This document shows, piece after piece, positions 56,370 to 64,000 of a stretch of DNA of 64,000 bases. Numbering within the stretch: position 1 is the first letter of the stretch; the number at the start of each line of letters is the position of its first letter. Position numbers and translations under genes: made by a program. The stretch spans positions 1 through 64,000 of the forward strand of contig CAXHJY010000040.1 of the NCBI GenBank assembly GCA_964016885.1, written 5' to 3'. The notes under the pieces are model-generated. The model was not told the origin of the DNA, searched no databases, and was given only the letters and a program-made list of their open reading frames with translations. This DNA is from Eledone cirrhosa (lineage: Eukaryota).

Positions 56370-56847
56370 CATACATACATACATATATATATATACATAC
56401 ATACATATATATATATATACACACACACACACACTCATTACATCTACACACTGGAAGTTTGTGTAACGAATGACACGAAATCGTTTGTGCAGTTTTAAGT
56501 TTTCATTATATATATATATATATACATATATATCTCTATATATACATATATATATATACATATATATCTATGTATGTATATGTGTGTGTGTATATATGTA
56601 TATATACATTTGTAGTCATGTTACAAAATACTTTACAGCTATAACATTCAATACTTGTTTTGTGTACGTGTGCGCGGTTCAGTTATATATCTTCATAATA
56701 TATATATATACATATATATACACATATATATATATAATACCTGTATGTATATGTATATATATATACATACACACACACATATACATACAGACATAATATA
56801 TATATATATGGATGTAAATTGGAAAGCGACCTCAGTTAAAAAAAAAA

Positions 56848-57012
56848 AGGTACTCAATACATTAGTGGAGTATCGGCATCTTTATTTTATTAAAGAACTG
56901 ACTTCTACAGAACTAGACCTGTTTCATTCGAAATAAATCATCAGGACGTTTCCTTTCCTGGCGATTTCTTACGAATGAAAACAGTTCTCGTTCTGTAGAA
57001 GTCATTTCTATA
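56848..57012. mobile_element. Family B element with two divergently oriented HHR motifs
   Basis: Minus strand: CUGAUGA(56944-56938)..GAAA-CAG-gucuaguu-CUG-UA-GAAGUCA. Plus strand: mutated CUGGCGA..GAAAA-CAG..CUG-UA-GAAGUCA. Confidence 0.75.
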
Positions 57013-57139
57013 ATATTGACATATATACACACTAGCTTTTCTATAACCATAATACTGTGTGTGTGTACATGCGTGTGTGTATTCAGTGGAATACATTATT
57101 AGCAGTCAAATGCCTTACAAATCAAATTCTAACATCTTT

Positions 57140-58115
57140 AAAGCTTTCGCTACCATATTTCTCATGAAACATACTGCCGAGGATTTTCAAATAATTTTGA
57201 AAACCAAGAATTTGGAATGATTTAGTCATAGAACGGACTTTCTCGTTATTAAACTGACGTTTGGAACATAACTTAAGAAAGGTTCTTACATAAAATTATT
57301 ATGGGATTTTCCACCATAAATATAAACATTGACTTATTTCTAATGAAGAAAGCTGCATATGATGTTGAAATTTAAAAAATAAGAATTTGGAGGAATTTAG
57401 TAAGCTGGGTTTCGGAAAATAGCTTAAGAAAGGTTCTAACTATGAGATTTTTTTCGATAAATACAAACAATTTAGCCCTTTTGTTGCCATCTTGGCTAGG
57501 ATCTTCGAATCCTTTAAAAAAATAAGAATTTGGAGGGTTCTTTTAAACTGTGGTTTGGAACATAACTTAAGAAAGGTTCTTGCATAAAATTGTATGGGTT
57601 TTTTTTTAGATAAATACAAACACTTTAGCCCTTTTGTTGCCATCTTGGCTAGGATCTTCGAATCATTTAAAAAAATAAGAATTTGGAGGGTTCTTTTAAA
57701 CTGTGGTTTGGAACATAACTTAAGAAAGGTTCTTGCATAAAATTCTATGGGTTTTTTTTTAGATAAATACAAACACGTTAGCCCTTTCGTTGTATATTTC
57801 TAATGAAAGGCACTTGGTTAGGATCTTCAAATAATTTAAAGAATAAGAATTTTGAGGGATCTATTTAACTGGAGTTTGGAACATAACTTAAGAAAGGTTC
57901 TTGCATAAAATTACTATGGGATTTTTTCGATAAATACAAACACTTTAGCCCTTTCGTTGCCATATTTCTAATGAAAAACACTTGCCTAGAATCTTCAAAT
58001 AATTTAAAAAATAAGAATTTTGAGGGATTTATTAAACTGGGGTTTGGAACATAACTTAAGAAAAGATCTTACAAAAAATAGTGGGAGTGTTTTTAGATAA
58101 ATATAAACACTTAAA
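57140..58115. repeat. Degenerate 153-167-bp tandem array
   Basis: GATAAATA at 57456, 57609, 57762, 57929 and 58096. Confidence 0.85.
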
Positions 58116-58635
58116 AGAAACAGATTACGATCATAGAATGAAGGGGCGGTTTCGGGCGTTTTGGTATCAAGGGGACCCTTTTTTGTTTTTGTTTTTTTAA
58201 CTAAGTTAGATAATGTGGTCCTGGGTTCCTTGAAAATATAGGGAGGGTGTGGAAAGACGAGAAAGGGACGGCGGGAATGTCTTTGAACATAAATTTCAAT
58301 AATCAGAGGTGATTTTACCCTGAGGCGAAATATGTTGCTGTACAGAACACACAGACACACATATATATATATATACATGTGTACGTGTGTATACGTGTGT
58401 GCATATACCTGAGCCTGAGTGTGTATAAATATATATGTATATATACATGTGTGAGTATGTGTACATATTGTTCAAGAGTGTATACATGAGGGGACACACC
58501 TATATATATATATATATATATACATATATATGGCTGTGTGCGTATGTATTGATATGTGAAATATATATATATATATATGTGTGTATACGTGTATACATAT
58601 ATATATATAAATACATATGTGAGTATGTGTACATA

Positions 58636-58708
58636 CAGGGTGTCCCAAAAATGTATGCACACATTGAGTAGAAAACTGTTGAAGTGTGTATACACTTTTT
58701 TGAACACC

Positions 58709-58711
<3 letters not shown>
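58636..58711. mobile_element. Short Tc1/mariner-like MITE (family H)
   Basis: TA-CAGGGTGTCCCAAAAATGTAT..ATACACTTTTTTGAACACCCTG. Confidence 0.75.
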
Positions 58712-58755
<44 letters not shown>

Positions 58756-59171
58756 GCGTGTCTGTGTGTGGTACATATATATGTATGTATACACATGTAT
58801 GCGTATATCGCATTTACGCATATAGATGGTGTGTATGTGTGTGTGTGTGTATACGCGCAACAAAGACACACACAGAGCCCAGATCGATAGATATGCGTGT
58901 GTGCACAAATCACAATCTTCTCTCTCTCTCATACTCTCTCTGTGTCTCTCTTTCCACATTAGCCTGCGGCCAAGCTGGGGCACTCTATCAGGTGCGGTTT
59001 AATCGATCGTGCTACTACCAATCACTACCATCATCACATATTTTAATATGATACTAATTTTATGGGTTTTTATTTGACGTATGACGATGTCACCTTAAAA
59101 TGTGTGTGTGTGTAAAGGGACGCAACTCGACAGTTTTTACACCGTTACGGAGCTCGGTAGATAGAAAGGGT

Positions 59172-59207
<36 letters not shown>

Positions 59208-59274
59208 TATAGGAAATAGCAATAAAGAGGTATAGATAGGTGGAAACGCATATATTTATATATACCGGGAGAAC

Positions 59275-59324
<50 letters not shown>

Positions 59325-59697
59325 TTAGATGTATAGAGAGAGAGAATCAGAGAAAATGTGTATATACAGAGAGCATGTATATAAATATATATGTATATAT
59401 ATAGAGAGATAGATAGATGTGTATATATAAAGAGAGGGAGTCATAGAGCATATATATGTGTAGATAGATAAGGGTGTATGTATGTATATATATATATATA
59501 GAGTGAGAGAGAGCATATATATATAGAGAGAGAACATATATATATATATATAGAGAGAGAGGGAGAGAGAGTGAGTGAGAGTGAGAGAGTGAGTGAGTGA
59601 GAGAGTGAGTGAGTGAGAGAGAGAGACATAGGTGAAGTAGAATCAAACGCTTTATCGATAAATTTGCAAGTGTATCGAACACACAGATACAAGCAAT

Positions 59698-59728
<31 letters not shown>

Positions 59729-59794
59729 GCGTGCATGATTGTGTGTGTATATATACATATATATGTATATTTACACACATATCTATTTACGTAC

Positions 59795-61100
59795 ACACAC
59801 CACTATATCTACAGCTATATATACACATATATAAACACCACTATATCTACAGCTATATACACACCACTATATCTACAGCTATATATACACACATATATAC
59901 ACACCACTATATCTACAGCTATATATACACGCCACTATATCTACAGCTATATATACACATATATAAACACCACTATATCTACAGCTATATACACACCACT
60001 ATATCTACAGCTATATATACACCCATATATACACACTACTATATCTACAGCTATATATACACCCATATATACACGCCACTATATCTACAGCTATATATAT
60101 ACACCCATATACACACACCACTATATCTACAGCTATATATACACACCACTATATCTACAGCTATATATGCACATATATACATACCACTATATCTACAGCT
60201 ATATATACACCCATATATATACGCCACTATATCTACAGCTATATATACACACATATATACATACCACTATATCTACAGCTATATATACACCCATATATAC
60301 ATACCACTATATCTACAGCTATATATACACACCACTATATCTACAGCTATATATACACACATATATACACACCACTATATCTACAGCTATATATGCACAT
60401 ATATACACACCACTATATCTACAGCTATATATACACACATATATACACACCACTATATCTACAGCTATATATGCACATATATACACACCACTATATCTAC
60501 AGCTATATATACACATATATACACACCACTATATCTACAGCTATATATACACATATATACACACCACTATATCTACAGCTATATATACACCCATATATAC
60601 ATACCACTATATCTACAGCTATATATACACACCACTATATCTACAGCTATATATACACACATATATACGCACCACTATATCTACAGCTATATATACACAT
60701 ATATACACACCACTATATCTACAGCTATATATTTACACCCATATATACGCACAACTACATCTACAGCTATATATACACCCATATATACACACCACTATAT
60801 CTACAGCTATATATACACACCACTATATCTACAGCTATATATACACCCATATATACACACCACTATATCTACAGCTATATATACACACATATATACACAC
60901 CACTATATCTACAGCTATATATACGCACCACTATATCTACAGCTATATATACACACCACTATATCTACAGCTATATATATACACCCATATATACACACCA
61001 CTACATCTACAGCTATATATACACACCACTATATCTACAGTTATATATATACACCCATATACACACACCACTATATCTACAGCTATATACACACCCATCT
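59795..61100. repeat. 27-39-bp minisatellite CACCACTATATCTACAGCTATATATACA with optional spacer
   Basis: Read directly; explains the TPLYLQLY ORFs. Confidence 0.95.
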
Positions 61101-61513
61101 ATACATATTCAAAATCTCTACTCTCGGTTCATGCTAGTCAATAGGTATTTAAGCAGTACTAACAACATAAACCAGTTAAATCCGTGTGTGTGTGTGTGTG
61201 TACCCGTGTGTGTATATGTGTCTGGCTGTGTATGATTCAGTTAAATCAGTGTGTCTGTGTGTGTGTCACACTGTGTGTGTGTCCTTTTACGTTTGTGTAA
61301 CGGAATACTATGATTTGTGTATGTGTCTGTATGATTCAGTTAAATTCGTGTGTGTTTTTGTGCGCGCGTATTTGTGTGTGTGCCTGTGTATGTATGATTC
61401 AGTTAAATCTCTGTGTCTGAGAGTGTGTGTGTGTGTGTGATTCAGTTAAATCCGTGTGAGTCTGTGTCTTTCTATCTGTGTATGTGTGCGTGTGTGTATT
61501 ATGTCTCTCTGCG

Positions 61514-61698
61514 TGTCTGTATGATCGTGTGTGTGTGTCTGTATGATCGTGTGTGTGTGTGTCTGTATGATCGTGTGTGTGTGTGTCTGTATGATCGTGT
61601 GTGTGTGTGTCTGTATGATCGTGTGTGTGTGTGTCTGTATGATCGTGTGTGTGTGTGTCTGTATGATCGTGTGTGTGTGTGTCTGTATGATCGTGTGT
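61514..61698. repeat. 24-bp minisatellite GTCTGTATGATC(GT)6
   Basis: Read directly. Confidence 0.9.
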
Positions 61699-62035
61699 GG
61701 GTGTGCAATTATATACATCGTGCATAACTTGAGTCTTTTATACAACTGCATGTCTGAGCTAGCGCGTGTATACGTGTGTGTGTGTATATATATATATATA
61801 TATCCATGAAGGCTGAGCTAGCGCGTGTATACGTGTGTGTGTGTGTATATATATATATATATTGATGAAGGCTGATCAATAGAGTAAAATGAACTTGCTT
61901 CAGGAAAGCCGGAGTACCTAAAAAATTATACACCACTATATCATGTATTTTACACAATATAGTGTGTATATATATATATATATGTATATATATGTGTGTG
62001 TGTGTGTGTGTGCGTGTATTATTATCGCGGCGAAG

Positions 62036-62425
62036 GATTGGCAGTATCGGTAGAGCGTCAGACGCCATGCTTTGCAGCATAGAGTTACGGTCCTTTACGG
62101 TCCGAGTTCAAATCCCGCCGAGGGTTAACTTTGTCTTTCATCCTTACAAGGTTGATAAAATAAAGCACCAGTAATGCACTGGGGTCAATTTAATCGATTT
62201 TCTCCTCCCCCCCAAATTACTGGCCTTGTGCCTATACTAGAAATTATTATTATTATTATTATTACCGTGGATTGGCAGTATCGGTAGAGCGTCCGACACA
62301 AGGCTTTGCGACGTTCAGTTACGATACTTTAGTTTGTGAGTTCAAATCTCGCCGAGGTTAACTTTGCTTTTCATCTTTACGGGGATTGATAAAATAAAGT
62401 ACCAGTAATGCACTGGGGATCGACT
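62036..62425 (+). mobile_element. Two tandem SINE family G copies
   Basis: GATTGGCAGTATCGGTAGAGCGTC at about 62036 and 62270; (ATT)n tail between them. Confidence 0.85.
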
Positions 62426-62432
62426 TAGCAAC

Positions 62433-62474
<42 letters not shown>

Positions 62475-62567
62475 CACGTATATATATAATTAACGTAGAA
62501 ATAAAGGATTACATGTAAATTCATAATCTTGATCTTTTTTTAAATATTCGATATATATTGTATATAT

Positions 62568-62630
62568 CCTGATGATTTCGCCCGAATGAAACAGTTATAG
62601 TCCTGTAGAAGCCATTTCTATACTATAGTA

Positions 62631-62673
<43 letters not shown>

Positions 62674-62768
62674 TGATGATTTCAAAGGAATGAAACAGTT
62701 CTACTCTTGTAGAAGTCATTTCTATATGATATAGATATGTACCTTCTCTACTAATGTATTGAGTACTC
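62568..62768 (+). mobile_element. Family B: two direct HHR-bearing units separated by (TA)n, plus tail
   Basis: CUGAUGA(62569)-uUUCG-cc-CGAAu-GAAA(62588)-CAG-uuauaguc-CUG-UA-GAAGCCAU; the second unit begins GUGAUGA at about 62673. Confidence 0.75.
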
Positions 62769-62841
62769 CAGAAAACGATTCTTAACTAAGCGTTACACTA
62801 ATATATTTTGTCCATGGTTCTGTGTTGTTTTGCACACGCAC

Positions 62842-62879
<38 letters not shown>

Positions 62880-62882
<3 letters not shown>

Positions 62883-63010
62883 CAAAGGAATTGTGGTAAG
62901 GAACCAGATGGACCTTACTGCACCAGAGTACTCAATACTTAGGGTAGTACAGTGGGAAATAGGAAAAAGTATGACCCCGACGGCTTGAGCTCTGCCGTCG
63001 GGGTCATAAT
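62880..63010 (-). mobile_element. Family C element with collapsed hairpin
   Basis: Tail plus TATGACCCCGACGGC-ttgagctct-GCCGTCGGGGTCATA. Confidence 0.8.
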
Positions 63011-63487
63011 TTTTTCTTATATATATATAGACATACACACATACATAGCGATACAGACACACACGCAGAGAATGCGACACACACGCAGAGAGAGCGGCAC
63101 ACACGCACAGAGAGAGCGGCACACACGCACAGAGAGAGCGGCACACACGCACAGAGAGAGAGAGAGACACACACAAAGCGACATACACGACAGAAACTCT
63201 CCTCTCTCTCACACACACATTGAGACACATACACACACGCACATATATATATATGTACACACACACACGCATATAAGCACACACACAAACACACACACAT
63301 ATATATATATATATATAGACACATACACACACTGTGTGTGTGTGTCGAAACAGCTTTTCTATAAAATATGTTATATTGAAAACACGAATATGCTTGTACT
63401 GAACATGAAAGAACTAATAAGAAAACACGAAAGATCCTAACACACACATCTATATATGTATATATATATATATACACACGTGTGTGC

Positions 63488-63776
63488 GTAGTCATTTCTA
63501 TATATACTCATATATATAGAATAAAGCCTATATTCTACCAAATAAATTAAGTACCTTTTTTTAATTGTGTTTACCCCGCAACCAACACAACTCGGGAACA
63601 CACACACACATATATGTGTGTGCGTGTGTATGTGTGTGCGTGTGTGTGTAGAAGTTTCTATATATACTCGTATATAATAAAAGATGTCTATACTCTCACA
63701 AAGTATTGAGTGCCTTTTTTTAAAACTGTGGTTAGCCCACACCAACCACGACAAACTCGGGAATCTACACACACAT

Positions 63777-63832
<56 letters not shown>

Positions 63833-63895
63833 AGATGCTTATTATACTCTATCAACGTATTGAGTACTTTTTTTTATCTATGGTTACCGACCAGA
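63488..63895 (+). mobile_element. Three decayed family B tails in tandem
   Basis: AATTAAGTACC, GTATTGAGTGCC and GTATTGAGTACT, each followed by a T-run and a TGTGTTTA/TGTGGTTA/TATGGTTA motif. Confidence 0.6.
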
Positions 63896-63903
63896 AGTCA
63901 GAA

Positions 63904-63942
<39 letters not shown>

Positions 63943-64000
63943 AACATATACAGAAAGAGAAAGCACTTTGATAAATGGTCTGCGCACACACACACACACA

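Noticed and set aside
59699-61235. ORFs of 280-481 aa in three frames
   Set aside because: Stop-free minisatellite

Overview
AT-rich, extremely microsatellite-dense animal intergenic or intronic DNA. The repeat landscape and SINE types resemble a coleoid cephalopod such as Octopus; this is an inference, not checked. No credible protein-coding exon was found: essentially all ORF-track entries are translations of simple repeats or satellites. The window holds many micro/minisatellites, two tRNA-derived SINE families, and TA-flanked Tc1/mariner- and pogo/Tigger-like MITEs. The most notable content is several sequence-unrelated families of short, usually (TA)n-embedded, non-coding elements carrying type I hammerhead ribozyme (HHR) motifs, reminiscent of Penelope-like element pseudo-LTRs and retrozymes. 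These include a 3 x 97-bp head-to-tail HHR array (46436-46790, minus strand), dispersed copies with compensatory stem II changes, and fold-back palindromes that appear centred on HHR stem II. All folds were paired by eye and none has been tested for cleavage.
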